Assembly (NCBI GenBank): GCA_965112155.1
Contig: OZ218105.1
Length of the DNA stretch: 64,000 nt
From: Podarcis liolepis
Lineage: Eukaryota
Direction: 5' to 3' (one strand)
Shown: positions 1-13,942 of the stretch, one piece after another
How positions within the stretch are numbered: the stretch's first letter is position 1
How the letters are laid out: each line of letters starts with the position of its first letter
Program-made: the position numbers and the translations under genes
Notes under the pieces: model-generated
The model's input: the letters and a program-made list of their open reading frames with translations, nothing else
Database searches by the model: none
What the model was told of the DNA's origin: nothing

Positions 1-2539
1 ATTAGATATAGGGAACCTCAGAAAGTGCCTAAGCTTTGATAGTTGGCTTGGTTTAACTCTCAGAGCTCATCAGCCCACAAGCAAATGCCATCAGAAGTGT
101 CAGCCTCAGTGGCTCCATACTACAGAAAGTTCAAATGAGGTTACGCTTTTAGTAATTAAGTAACAAAATGGCTCTCACTTTTATCAGGGAACCATAAAAG
201 ATTTACCTGTGTGAAATTCAAGTGCATAAATCCCTTTTGTTGATCTATTATTCTAATGAGCTCTTAGAGACAATATGAAGAGATCTTGATTACATTTAGA
301 AGATAAGTGCCAGGAGAGTACAAGTAATGAAGCACATCATGGCCATAATAAACACAGAGCTAAAGAAACTGTACTGGCAAGATAAAATTGCTTCTTTTGC
401 AATTCCCTTTAGATTGTACTTCCTTTTATCTATTTAGTTCTTCCCCAAGAGCATGTACTGTACTAGATGAAGGGAGGGCACACAAATGTACATTTCACCC
501 ACAAAAACGAAATGCTACACTTGGAACTTAAAATCACTTTTTGCTTTACTTTCTAAAACACTGCAGACTTCAGAAATCCACCCCAGCACTCATGTGTATT
601 AGGAACATTTTTAGCAACAGGAAGCCTTTACTGTTTCTACATCTCTTCCTGACTGAAGCAGTTAGAGGATTGAAGCCATCATCGTTTGATGTGGGACTGA
701 CAATAATGTCTTTCATTATCTCATATGATCTGCCACAGAAGGGCATAGGTGGCAGCAGATGGCGGAAGAAGGAACAACAGGGGAGGAAATAGGATTTTGA
801 ACTATTGCATTTTGCTCAATCAACAGAATTTGCTCACTGCTTTTTAACAGGTTTTTTAATGACATAGTTTCTCCCCAAATACTGGAGGAAAAAACAAGTT
901 TGTGGAAGAAAGTGTGAAGCCCTAGCCAAAGTGAGGCTGTTTCAAAGATCTGGGACTTCCCCAAACTGAGGTGGTGTCCTCTGCAGCAACAAAGACAAAA
1001 TTGGGCTCTTCCAAAAGCTTCAGGACTGATTTACAGATGCACAGAGACTGTGCATCTGTAAAATGTACATGTCCAACACTATGTAAGGCAATCATTACAT
1101 GGGGAGGGAGATGAAAGGATGTAGTTTTGTGACTGGCAGCTTTAGCTGCCAACCAGGCAATGACTTTCTCAGGATGTTCCTTTTTACTTCCACCTTGCCT
1201 TTGGGAGAAATTGCTGTAAACTGGTCAGAAATAACAACCAACCCTCAGACTGTTTTTTTATTCCTCATAACTCACCCTATCTCTGTCCATCTGAAATTTT
1301 GCAGGTTATCCAGGAGACCTCTATGATATATGCCATTTTCATACAACCCCTCCCTTAAAATCCCCACAAGGACCTCCTTTCCTCACCCCACCCCCAATTA
1401 AACAATCATTCCCCTTGCACACCAAAAACTGCAGCTATTTGCCTGTTTGGCAGGCTTCATATCCTCAAAAGGTGAAACTACGCCTGCAAATTTCATCCAT
1501 TTCTACCAAAAGTAAAAAACAAAAGAAAAACATTGTAAGCTGTCTTGGGTGTACACTCACAGAGCCCTCTGTGTGAGTTCAGAAGGAAGCTTACTTTGTG
1601 GGACATTCAGGCTGCTCCAAACCCACTTCTTAGTTAATTTGCCTCCCATTCTCCCCTGTTCCCCAGCATTCCTCTCCCTTCTCTGTTTTTGTTCTTTTAA
1701 TAATTCAGTTCAGTTAGGTATCCCACCACTACCCACTTCCCTACCAAAGTCCACCCAAGGAAGCATTGCAACATTATAGGTTTCATGGGCTTTCCAAGCT
1801 CAAGTCGTCCCAGCTCCCAATCACAATGAATCCTAGGAACTATTGTCAGTCGAGTGATAAGGACGTCTTCTGGTTTCAGCCCCTCCCTCTTTCTACCAGG
1901 CCTAGGAGAGATACAATTGGTCCCTACCTTTCCTCTCTCTTTTTTAGCTTTCTCCTTCTCTTTTCCAAGTTTAGCTATGCTGCTGCTAGTTGTACATATC
2001 TAATTTCTTTCCTGTTACCCATTATTATTTTTATTACCAGTTTATTCTATGCTGTATTTTCTACAAAGACAATGATATAATAACTGTAATACATACTTAA
2101 AATTACAATGCCTTTTACAACACTAAATTAACAATCCAATAATTAATCATTATTGTTAATCAATAATTAACAATTCATTTAAACTACATCAAAAAAATTA
2201 AATCAATGTAAAACACATCAGCAAGCTCATTAATATCCCCAAATATCCTTAAAGCTACTGAAAGTAATAACTACTGTTTCTCTTCAGTAGGTAGCTCCAC
2301 AAAAGGGGAACCTATGGTTGTTCTGCCAGTTCTAGTATTATAGCCTTGCAAGTTTTTTTAGCTGAGGGGGTCATTGCTTAACAAGGGCACCAAGTTTACA
2401 TCCTTGACTAATGATTGCTTTCCTATTTTGTAGCCAGACTCCTTGGTTTGTGGCAATAGAGACTGAAAAATCTCATTGGATAACTTTACAGGACTCGGAC
2501 ATCTGATGGCACAACTTCTCCATCAAGATTGACCGGATT

Positions 2540-2915
2540 GCCCTCTAAGCTGTTGCTGAATGCCAGGTCGACTCTGAGTAAGACTTCCTTCATCCATGAT
2601 CTGATTATTGGTGAAGAAGCTGATCTGGTTTGCAATCCTGAGACCTAGGTGGGTGAGCAGAGTGGAGTTGGTCTTACCCAGCTGTGGCACTGGGTGCAGC
2701 ATCAGGGCAGACTTGAGGGTGAGAGAGAGGGACTTGTTGTAGTCTACAGAGATTCCATCTCTCTCTCCAGGCTCTCTGTCCAGTTGAGAGAGGATCTAGA
2801 GTGTATATTCATGGCACTGGGCAATTGGGGCAGATTAGGGATTCTGCTGGTTTACTGCCTGTCTTTCTGTCCCGCAGTCTCCCTGCCTGAGCTGTCAGCT
2901 GTTATTTTGCAGACA
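2540..2915 (+). pseudogene. L2-clade LINE ORF2 AP-endonuclease N-terminal fragment
   Basis: Translates as LKLLLNARS..SKTSFIHDLI..EEADLVC.PET*...QHQGRLEG...VVYRDS...LGILLVY, which are APE motifs, with stops. Confidence 0.75.
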
Positions 2916-4799
2916 GGTCTGGTTTGGATGCTCTTTGCTGAATGAATCATTTTTTATTCTGTAACAATCAGCATATAAACCAATATTTCTCTGTGCTACT
3001 TTTGATTCTAAGCTCCTGTGTGCCACTCCCTTTTTTCATCCACAAGCAATTGGATCACAAAATCATCTCACCATAAAAAAGGAAATTTGCAATTCTGCCA
3101 CTACCATTATATTCATATCAAAACACAGTAACATATCCAAGGCGGGGGGGCACACACCACTTAGCACTGTTCAATACAAATGCATAATAATTCAAAAATA
3201 CATATGTGTTTGCATGTAGCATGCGGTTGAGGACAAGTAGTTACAGTGCAGCCATCACAAAAGATAAGGGGATGTAATTTGAGCACTGAGCACATGGCTT
3301 CTGACATTAATGAGTATGCTCAGATGTAGTGAACCCTATAATTGATTGCAGCTGCCATGGGAGTGAAAGAAAAATGAGGAAAAGGCCAAGTAAAACTTAA
3401 CTCCCATGGAGACTTGCTGGAAGAGACAGTCAGGCCTGAGAGTTCCTGAAATGCTCAGTGTCTGAGCTGCCAGAGAGCATGATCTGCATAATAGCAGTGT
3501 GGGAGGTGGGGAGGAGAGTTTATATATACGACATCAATAGATCAATTGAAAATAGATGCCACAATGAGAGGGATGCATTTGGCACATGCCCCAAAGCACC
3601 CTCCTCTTTTCATATAGGCCACATATGCTAAATTGTGCCCTAGCGATAAAAGCAAGTACTAGAGCTGAATCCTAAGACTTTTTATGTGATCCCCCAAGGA
3701 ACCTAAGCCCCAGAAGGGGTTTCTATAGCAATGCCATGCTTAGACTGTCATATGCTTTCAGTGTTCATCAGACATTTTTTCTCTATACTGTCATCCTATC
3801 CAAACATCACAGAGAAGAAGAACAGCAAAGTGTTGAAGTTAAAATTGCATAATTCCCCAAATTGTTTAGGTTAAAAGAAGAAGAAAATCACATTGGCAGT
3901 TGACATTGTTTAGGATTAAAAAAGAGTCACCCATCACTTCATATGCAATGGGGGCAAACTTGTCTACATCATCCGGCAGTCATCTGATTTGAAATTGTCT
4001 AATCAACCTTTTATCATACTCTGAAATTAATGGAGAATCTATCCCTAGGGGAACTGCATATTTGACAATGCAGAATATAGTATGCAATGGCTGTGTACAC
4101 AGTTCTGTTTAGTCTGAATCCAGTGTGCTCATATCACTGGAGTTTGGCTCTGGTGTACATGTGACATTAGCCACAATCCATATCTATTTGAAAACATAAG
4201 CCAAATGAAGGTATTCATCCCCCTCTCTGCCCACTGGCATGGACAGATATCTGTTGATTTGGAAACGCATCTAACTATACTGATGTATATAATGACATTC
4301 AAATGCTATTTGAAAGATTGCAGTGGTGGGGAGGTGACCTCACTGTGCTTTAAGCCAGTAAAGTATGCACAGTCAATGTCTTCTGTCTGGCCTGGTCCTC
4401 ATACAAAAGGGCAGTCATTTGTTGGCCTATTAAATGATTTACTGGTCAGATATTCTTTGGGCATAGTTTGAAATGTAAACTGAGTAAATACACATCTAAC
4501 AGGAAACAAAGTTAATTATCCCAATAGATAAACAGCCCTTTATGGTTCGATTTAATTTTATTACACCAAACTGAAATATTTGAAGTCTTCATATATTCAA
4601 GATCCATTTTGGCATTTTCAGCAAAAATTACATCATGGACCATATGTTCAGAAATATCCAGGAGAAATTGAACAAGTCAACATCAAATTGTTACAACATT
4701 GTGCCCAGAGTTCTCTATCCTGCAGGTCTTAAAATAAAGGTTTGCTATATGCTGGTCTGGCAGTGCTGAAAAGTTTTTTTCCTTTATAAAACAAAATAG

Positions 4800-5170
4800 A
4801 TTTATGAATGTTTGCTTTGGATAATGGGTAGCTATTCATTTCTAAGTTATGCACCAGGTATACTATGTGTGTCCCTGAGTAGTGTATGTGCGAGCTTACT
4901 TTGGAAACTGAACAGTCCAGTTGCGAATCCACCAGAGGAAGAACAACTGCTGGGAAGAGTGCAGAGAGAAGAAACGGCATGGTGCATCTGCAACAGCACA
5001 ACCAGATACTTTCATCTGCCCCAGCTGCAACAAAACATGTCTCTCTCATGTCAGTCTCTACAGCAACAGCAGGCACTGTAACTTTCTAACAGTTTGACTT
5101 GCCATGAAAGGTGCCCTCCTCCATTGTCTCTCAAGACAGACAGATGCCTACCTATCATTATCATTATTAA
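4800..5170 (+). mobile_element. RTE-clade LINE 3' end fragment
   Basis: FICPSCNKTCLSHVSLYSNSRHC matches the C-terminal zinc motif of RTE ORF2. Followed by a short 3' UTR and a (TATCAT)-like tail. Confidence 0.7.
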
Positions 5171-5819
5171 AATTTCCATACTGCTCCTCATCCAAGGATC
5201 ATAGGGCAGTTTACACTATAAAAACACAAAACACAGTAACACCCAAAACCAAACAAAAACAATTTCAAGGCTATGAGAATCTCTGCACTGCTGGCTCCAG
5301 ACACTGGCCATGGTGGATGGGGGAGTTGTAAATGGGCTACAATTTCCCAGAACATCTAATAATGCTGAGGGAGTTTTTCATGCCTTTTGTAATTCTTCAT
5401 AAACCACAAGGCACTGAAGAAATTGGTAAGACTGGAATCTGATTTCTGAATCTCTGGAAATGAACAGCAGAGTCGTGGAAAGATGCAGTGCTCTAAAACA
5501 GTACAATTAGCACCTATGGAAAAAATGTGAAGGCATTACACTGTAAATGCTTTATTTGGATGGAGGTGAAGTCCTCTGGGAAGATGGTACTTGAGTGTAA
5601 CGCTCTGCAACATGGTGTGTGAGAGAGAGGGAGGGAGAGAGATGGAATAAGCAAAAAAACCCCACACGTTATTTTTTGAAGAAAGAACAGTTTTCAAAAG
5701 TAATCTAAACTTCCAAATGAGGAAGGGGACATGTGTTGCTCTCCATATGTGTCTGGACTACAACTCCTATCACCCCTGACTATGGATCATGCTAGCTGAT
5801 GCTGATGGGAGCAGTAGTA

Positions 5820-6057
5820 CAGTCGTACCTTGGAAGTTGAACGGAATCTGTTCCAGAAGTCTGTTCGACTTCCAAAACGTTCAAAAACCAAATCACGCCT
5901 TCTGATCGGCTGCTGGAAGCTCCTGCAGCCAATCAGAAGCCGCAGAAGCCCCGTCGGATGTTCAGGTTCCAAAACTGGAACAATCACTTCCAGATTTGTG
6001 GTGTTCAGGAGCCAAAATGTCCAAGTTCCAGGGCATTCAGGATCCAAGGTACAACTG
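5820..6057. mobile_element. Tc1/mariner-type MITE nested in an older short repeat
   Basis: TIRs CAGTCGTACCTTGG / CCAAGGTACAACTG with TA on both sides. The host repeat (ggactacaactcc...gggagcagtag) resumes after it. Confidence 0.8.
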
Positions 6058-8149
6058 TATAGCAATGTATGGAGAGTCACAGGTTCCCCACACCTCTCTA
6101 GATGGTGAGCTGCAATCAAAGGAGGACCAATTCTCTCAAGCTATTTCAACATGTTAGAATATCAAATGGAGTGCAATCACAAAACTATGGACATTAAAAA
6201 GCTGCTGAAAATGCTAAAAGCTGCAGTTCTAATATCACTTACTTGGAAGTAAGTACCGTCAAATTCAGTAGGACCTACTTCTGAGTAGACTTTAACAATG
6301 CCACCCTATACATTTCTACTCAGAAGCAAGCCTCATTGTTCACAAAGTGATTTACTTACAAGAAGGAGTGTACTTTATGTATAGGGTTCAACCTTGCTAG
6401 AGAAAATTCAACTTCCCTATGAAAGCTGCAACAAATCTGGTAGAGTGGGGATGGGGAAATCTGTCAGTTTGTGTCTCTCTCATTTTCTTATTTTTCCCAC
6501 CTTAAATTTAGTCTACCTTAGTTTGTGACTCTTCTTGAACCCAGTGCTAAAATGGAGACCCCCCCTTGCTTTTAACAGGGGTTTCAATCAAGCAAGACAT
6601 GTTCCCACTGCCCATCAACTGATGGGTGGGAGGGAGAAGGACGTGCACTAGCAAAGGAACAATCAGAAACTCACTTACCAGACCCACACCATAAATGCTC
6701 CACATCTCACATACATGATGCCTGGCGGCCATGTCTTGCCCAAAATGGCTTTGTGGGATAAATGAGGAGGCCTGGTGGGCCAGCTTTGGAGGTTCCCCAC
6801 TCCTGCTATAAAGAGATGAAACCAGGCCTCATCCACTGTTCTTAAAGGTCAATATGGGAGAAGGCAATCTGCCTGATATTTGGGTCTCATGCTGTTTAGG
6901 GCTATAACTATCAGAGTAAGCCTCATGAACTGGGCTTGGAAAACAATTGGCAAAGATAGGGCTAATATGTTTGTGGCCTGCTGCCCTAGCAGCGTGTTGC
7001 AATTATTTCCTTGTGTGCAGCTACATGAATACTGATAGTCTTCCATCCAGAAATTCTTTTACCCAGACAGCCCAGTAGAAGGCCTGGGGTGGGCTAGCCT
7101 GCAATCCTTTTTTGGAGTAAGGAAAAATCTGCCATAAGCATTACATGGGCACCAGCAGGTTCTCTACAACTCCTTCCTCTGACATTGGCCCAGGTGATAT
7201 TTGAATATGGGGCAAGCATGGTTAATGGGTAAGGTAGCAGAGGTGAACATTTATGGAGCCTGTGATAGAACTGCATACCAATCTTCACAGAATTCATCTT
7301 GGCAGGCTTATTCTCTGTGACTGTGAATAGCTTGCATACATTTACCAGCAGAAGTCGATTGAATAAAAAAATAAATTTACCATTCCTACATTGTCCTTCC
7401 CTTAGCAAGAAATAATAGAACAGTGCTCTCAGAACTTTGCAGAATCTGTGAGGCTGGCAGTTATGAAAATTGCATATAAGGTAGATTTGAAAAAGAAAGC
7501 ACTACGCAATAGGCACAGCAATCCAGGGTATAGCTTCTCCAGTCAGTATCTGCACTTTCAAAGAATTTAAGGACAAAAAGGACAGGATAGAGAACTTATT
7601 TTTTATTCCTTTTGTTGACTGATACCATCAGAGATGCCACAGTAAACTACAAGAAATGTGATGGCTGTTTGGAATGGCTTATAACTGATTTACATACGTT
7701 TATGTATTTGTAGAATTTAAAATTCATAAAATATTCCCTATAGATTTTTTTTTAAGACTGTGTATGTATTTAAACAGGCTTCCTTTAGGAAAAAAAAATC
7801 ATGTTCAGTAGCTGATTTTAGAGACTCTTTTCCAGTAATCATTACATGCTCTCGTATAATTATTTGCTGTCAGTGTGTCTGTGGTAAAACTCCTCATAAA
7901 AATTCATAGACTAAGCTAACAGAGCATACAAAGGAAATTTCCAAGGTACCCATCCAAAACTAATTGTAGATTTATTTATTTATTTATTTCAAAAATTAAG
8001 TGATTTGTGAAAAAATTATTACAAGCATATCCATGATGCATTTTCTTGCAGAATGCCTTCTTAGTCTTTGTTTTTTGAACACGTTAGACATGTTCAGGCA
8101 TTGGCCCGAACTCCAGCCCCACCTGCACTTTCCTTTTGCACATTGTAAG

Positions 8150-8530
8150 AATGTAAGAACCTGCTGGATCAGGCCAAAGTCCCATCTAGTCCATTGTCCT
8201 GTTCTCACAGTGGAAAACCGGACGCCTGTGGGAAACCTACCAGCGGGACCTGAACACAAGAGCACTCTCTCCACCTGTGGTTTCCAGGAACTGGTATTCA
8301 AAAGCATTGTTGCCTCCAACCGTGGAGGCAGAGCGAAGCCCCCGACATGGCTAGTTGCCATTGATAGTCTTATCTGCCATGAATTTTTGGTCTAATCCTC
8401 TTTTAAAGCCATCCAAGTTGGTGGCCATCACTGCCTCCTTAGTTCCATAGTTGACTATGCACTGCATGAAGATGTGCTTTAACCTTCCAACATTCTGCTT
8501 CATGAGACGTCTATGAGTTCTAGTGTTATG
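8150..8530 (-). mobile_element. CR1-type LINE 3' fragment
   Basis: 'taagaacctgctggatcaggccaaagtcccatctagtcc' motif. Related pieces occur at 55745-55830 plus 56533-56690, 57075-57310 and 62340-62420. Confidence 0.6.
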
Positions 8531-8844
8531 CCAGGCATACTTTTATAGACTTCCCTCCTCAGCCCCCAATCTTCTCAATGCTGAGCAGGGAAGATCTGCA
8601 TAGTGCCTTCTACTTGCATTTGTTTAAACCTGAGTATAATGCTTCCTGCAGTTATATGGACCCAATTTTATCAGGGCCTTGAGTCATGCAGAGTTCTACT
8701 CATGCTCATGCAAGTGCAAACAGAAGCCCCCTGTAGATCTTCCCTGCTCAGTACTGGGATGGTCGGGAATGGAGCACACTGGGTGATATGCATGGGGGCA
8801 TTGGGGGTGAGGCTTACATGCATATCCCTGCCCCAGAAGAGTTA

Positions 8845-9006
8845 GGCTGCATACCTTTAAAGCACCCATGCCCCAAGAATCTGATGAACTGCCAGTTACC
8901 TCCCACAGAGCTACACTCCCAGCACCCTTATCAAACTACATTTCCCAAGATTCTTAGGGGTGTGTGCTTAAAATGTGGTTTTAATGTATGTGGTATATAT
9001 GCAGCC
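8845..9006. mobile_element. Short non-autonomous DNA element (MITE)
   Basis: Inverted ends GGCTGCATA / TATGCAGCC. Body resembles the host repeat at 53825-54480. Confidence 0.5.
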
Positions 9007-9955
9007 TTCATGCGTTCAAACAAATGCTTGGACGTGCCTATAATGTAAGCATGTTTAGGGTGAGTTTACATAATCAAAGACCCAGATGAATTTGTTTCGC
9101 TTATTGGTAGAAGGGGAAATGTGCTTTTTTGATTATTTATATTAAACCCTACAGGTTGGAGCATTCTATTTTTAAACTTCATTTCTGGGTAATTTTGCAA
9201 CATAATATTTTCATCAATTTCTGATTCTTATTTTTATATTTGCATAGCTTTTTAAAAAAGATTAAAAAATCTTTACATCAGACTTCCTTTTTTAAAAATT
9301 TCTGCACAGTTTGCATTCAGAAAGGATGCAGTTTTTAAAATAAAATCTGTTTATAGTGGCTGTTAAACCTCAATGACCTGTTACAGAAGCCTTTTTCAGG
9401 CAGTTCTGTGTTTCATGAATGTAGGAACTGTGGAGCAGAATCATATGCACTGACCCCACTCCAGCACCTCTGAATTAAACCAAACCTCCAAGTACAGCTT
9501 GTTGGTATATGGGATTCCTCTATGTGGCTTGGGGCTGTTCTTCCCTCAAGGTCCTATATTTTTTCCTGACTGACGGTCGAATAAAATGATTGATTGATTG
9601 ATTGATTGATATATTATACACTGAGAGCATAGAACTGCCCAAGTTGTATGTGTTGACTCTGATCAAAGCTTGGCTGTGTGTTTGGAGATCAGAGTAGGAC
9701 CAGTGCATGTGATCTTCCACTTTCCCATCCATCATGTGTGGATAGTAGAAAATGTGCAAGTTTACAGAAATTAGCCATTTAGATATCTATTAGCCTCAGT
9801 CATCACAACATATATGCTTAGGAGACTTACGGTACGTACACTAACATGGAAGCAAGTCCTGCTGGTTTAAGTGCCATTTACTTTCAGACTAGCTTAGTGT
9901 ATGGTTAAGTCCAAACAGGTAACAAAAAGATTCAAAAAAGGAAAAATAATAAATA

Positions 9956-10181
9956 CAATGGTACCTCAGGTTACATACGCTTCAGGTTACAGACTCTGCT
10001 AACCTAGAAAAAGTACCTCGGGTTAAGAACTTTACCTCAGGGTGAGAACAGAAATCGTGCGCTGGTGGCACGGCAGCAGCGGGAGGCCCCATTAACTAAA
10101 GTGGTGCTTCAGGTTAAGAGCAGTTTCAGGTTAAGAACGGACCTCCGGAACGAATTAAGTACGTAACCAGAGGCACCACTG
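9956..10181. mobile_element. Tc1/mariner (Tigger-like) MITE
   Basis: Near-identical to 62935-63176. TIR CA(A/G)TGGTACCTC...GAGG(C/T)ACCACTG, with TA at the left end. Confidence 0.85.
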
Positions 10182-10599
10182 GTTCCGTGCTTTGGAACTA
10201 CCTAATATTAGCACATCATTACAGAATTGATACGCCTGGGTTACTACAAAATAAGCATTTACAAAGTATCGACAAAACACAAATAGAAACACGCAGGGCA
10301 AGTTTGATGTTATTTGTCTTTCCTACCACTTTTTTTGGCATCCAGTTGCATCCTTTTTATTGATGGTAAGTGAAATTATTCTTCATAGAGTTTCTAATCT
10401 ATGTTGAGTACCTTGGGTACCTACTCTTTGGAACCCCCTCCCATTTTATATCAGGCAGCCCACTTCTCTCTTGAGGTAGCCTCTCACACTGGTCCAGAGA
10501 GTTGGGGAACCTCCAAAACAACGAGGGAGGGGGTCCAGAGGTTGTGGAGGGAATGGAAATCCAACAAAACTTGCTTCCACTCTTCACAAAAAATATTGT

Positions 10600-11005
10600 T
10601 GTTATTATTATTTATTGAATTTATATACCATCCTATGCCTGGGGGTCTCAGGGCAGTTCACAGCTCACAGAATAAAATCAAGATTAAAACCACAAAATAC
10701 ATAATAAAAATAAAACCAACAACCCAAAAGCCATCCCCCCACAAAAAATATATATTCTAAAAGGGCATAGGATGTAAATCAGATCAACCAAAGGCCTGGT
10801 TAAAAAGGAACATTTTTGCCTGGTGCCCGAAGGTGTATAATGAAGGTGCCGGGCAAATTTCCCTAGGGAGAGCATTCCACAGACAGGGAGCCACTGCAGA
10901 GAAGGCCCTTTCTTGTGTTGCCACCCTCTGGACCTCTCGAGAAGGAGTAGGTTAATATGGAAAGAGGTGGTCCTTGAGATATTGCAGTCCTGAGCTGTTT
11001 AAATA
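10600..11005 (-). mobile_element. L2-type LINE 3' end
   Basis: (TTA)n tail followed by 'tttatatacc...gggcagttcaca' and 'gggagagcattccac...gagaaggccc'. Reverse-complement relative of 55030-55450. Confidence 0.6.
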
Positions 11006-13883
11006 ATATTTCTGCTGAATCAAAAGCCTCCTATAGATGAAAGGAGCATTTACATCTTTGAGAGATAAAATCTGAATCCAACCCAGGATGTATAAATGGA
11101 TAACCCTTTGTTTACACTGAATTTCTAAACTGTGGGGTGCTAGTTAGGGTTCTTGCCTTCTCCGTGATATTTGCAATTAGATTATCAAATGCATTTCAGG
11201 GAGAGGACTAGGTCCCCCCCCCTCTCTCTCTCTCCCCTCTCTCCCCTTTCTCCTCTGATGGGAATATCAACACACTTTGTTTAATTATTTGAGAGATTTA
11301 TAATCTGATTTCTGGTTTATAAAATGCACCTGAAAATATAAATCAATGTAAACAATACCAAACTAAATATTTATAAATACCGAGGTATGGGGCTTGCTTG
11401 ATAATGCGCTGGGAGACTTTTTTTAGTGTGTTTACCTGCAAGTGCTAGAAAATATCCCAAACCTCAAAGTCCTAAAGTGTTCTGTGAGCAACAGCTCATC
11501 AGCTACAACTCTTATGCTCCACTGATTATATTCCTGCCCTCAAGCAAAATTAAATTGCCAAATTAAACATCTGAAAGAAGGACTTGTATAAATGATCATG
11601 TTTCCAGCATCTGTGCTCTGCTTGTGCAAAGAGCCTTGGCGTAATGCATTTTATGGATTTTGGGTAAAGTAGATCCTGTATCTTGCCATAGCATTATATC
11701 ACAAGTCCATGTTCCGGTAATAGTGAGATCCTGAAAAAGGGACAATTGAGACCCATGCAAGTTTCCCCGTTCTAACTTGATATTATGGTTTGTTCTGGAG
11801 AATGTAGAAAAATCACTTTTCTCGTATATGTGAAATATGATTCAGGCCAAAATTCAATCATCCCCAAATTAATGCCTTAAAATTCTCCAATAATTATGCT
11901 AAAGGCAGCACAAGCACACACCAAGTGATAAGGGAGCCAGGGATTAAGCCTGTGCATAAATTCACTCGTACGGGAAAAGGTCACGGGCTGATATTACCGA
12001 AATTTGATTAGACTTAGGAGCCGCATGCTTGAAATCAATGTTTTCTTGGCTTTGGCATTTCTGCTCTGGAGTCAGCCACTCTCTAGGGGCCCTGGGTCTA
12101 ATCGCAGTATGTAGCAATGTTACATCCTTTCCAGAGCACAAAGACAGCAAGAAATTAGAAAGGATTTACAGGTCAAAACAGACAGACTTCTGCAATTCGT
12201 ACAGCCGAATAGCTTGCAAAGCTGAAAGGGAAAAGCTGCAGCTGCAGCTGTGAAGCTGATGCGCAACTGTCATGTTGGTCAAAGCCCACAGGAAAGGTAA
12301 ATCGTAGGCTGGCGATTTTACAGCTCTCTGATCACTTCCAAGAGCAATCTAGTCAAACTAGGATAAGTCCACAAAGGGCTCTGCGCGGAAACATGGCTGC
12401 AGAGTGGCTACAAAAATGGAACTTATGACAATAATTTAATTCCATCCAATAAAAAAGGCCCCCAAAGCAGGATTTAGACGTACAGTGTTTCCAGAATGTG
12501 AAACCTGACAGATAAGGGGAAATAATGAAAGTTTCTTAACTCTTACTTGATCCCTCTGTGGGTCTGAGCTTAACTGTTCAGCAAATAACACCTGCTGTAG
12601 GATTTGACGGGGCTTTATCCATTCCCCGTATAAGTTAAGTTCATGGCAAATTTTACAGTGTTGGGAGAGTCTCTCTCGTTCCCACTTCTGCAACAGCAGT
12701 GGGGCAAAAATGGTATTATGAAAACAAAATGAAGGGAAGGAATGAACACAGCGTCTGCTCTCATTGAGAGTAGTTAAAATTAAATGAGACTGCATAGCAA
12801 GAGGGTTTAAGATGGTGCCTGCTTGCCTTAATTTTTGGATTAAAAAGAGATTCAGTGTTTTTAAACCTACTGCATGATTAAGTGGTGGTACCTTTAGAAT
12901 CAGTCAAAAGGATTTTACGTTACTGAACAAACCCCACTGTGCCAATTTGGTTCAAAATGAAGAGAAGGATGGGGCTCTCGCTTGAGTGTTAGCATGTCAG
13001 GGAACTATGCCTTTGCTCTATGCTAAGACAGTATGCTGTGTGGATAAAGACAGCCACCCCCTGTTTAAAAGTAGCATCTATTGTGTGGAATAATACATGG
13101 GTAGTTATTAAAAACAGAGATGGCTAGCCAGTGGCCCGCTGAATATTGCTAGCCTGCAACTCTCATCATCCCTGTCCATTGGTCATGTTTCTTGGGGCTG
13201 ATGGGAGTTGAATTCCAACAACAACTAGAGGGCCATTGTTGGGATTTCAGTCCCCACCAGTTGCCACGCTGGCAGGAAACAGCAGGAGCGGTTTACATCA
13301 GGTGGCATATCACAGTTTAATTCTATGAAATGGTATTGGATATATTTTCCTCCAGAACATCTGTGCAATGCCACCGTTCTCTTTTCCTTAAAACTCCTCA
13401 AAACCCTATTCCACGATGTATTTGGCACAGTTCCCATGCAGTCCCATGATTAAGCCATAGCTAGCCAAAACAGCACACAGTCTTTCCTTTTTAATGCTTC
13501 CCTTCTACTTCCCTTCTCTCCTCTTATCCCCCTTCTTCACACATTATCCTCTGGTCTCTTCTAGAAACACAGCAAAATGCCTTATACACATTCAGACTCA
13601 TATTGCTCACTATTGGACTGGCAGCAGTGACAGACTTGGGTACAATGCCCTGTGTGAGGCCAAATTTTGCTCCCCCCAAGCCCTCATGCTGCCTTCCCAA
13701 AGGTGGGTAAGAAGGGGCCAGATTGGGGAAGGAGGTGTGACGTGTGAGGCCTCTCATCTCTTTCCCAAAGCTGGGAAAGTGCTAACTAGTTTTTGGGAAG
13801 GAGGCAGGAGGACTCTAGGACCTTGTTAGAGCCTTGTGCCTTCTTCTCAAAGCCCAGCACCTTGCTTAGAGGGCTTTGAGATG

Positions 13884-13885
<2 letters not shown>

Positions 13886-13942
<57 letters not shown>
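13886..13942. repeat. (TC)n(TG)n microsatellite
   Basis: Direct inspection. Confidence 0.95.
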
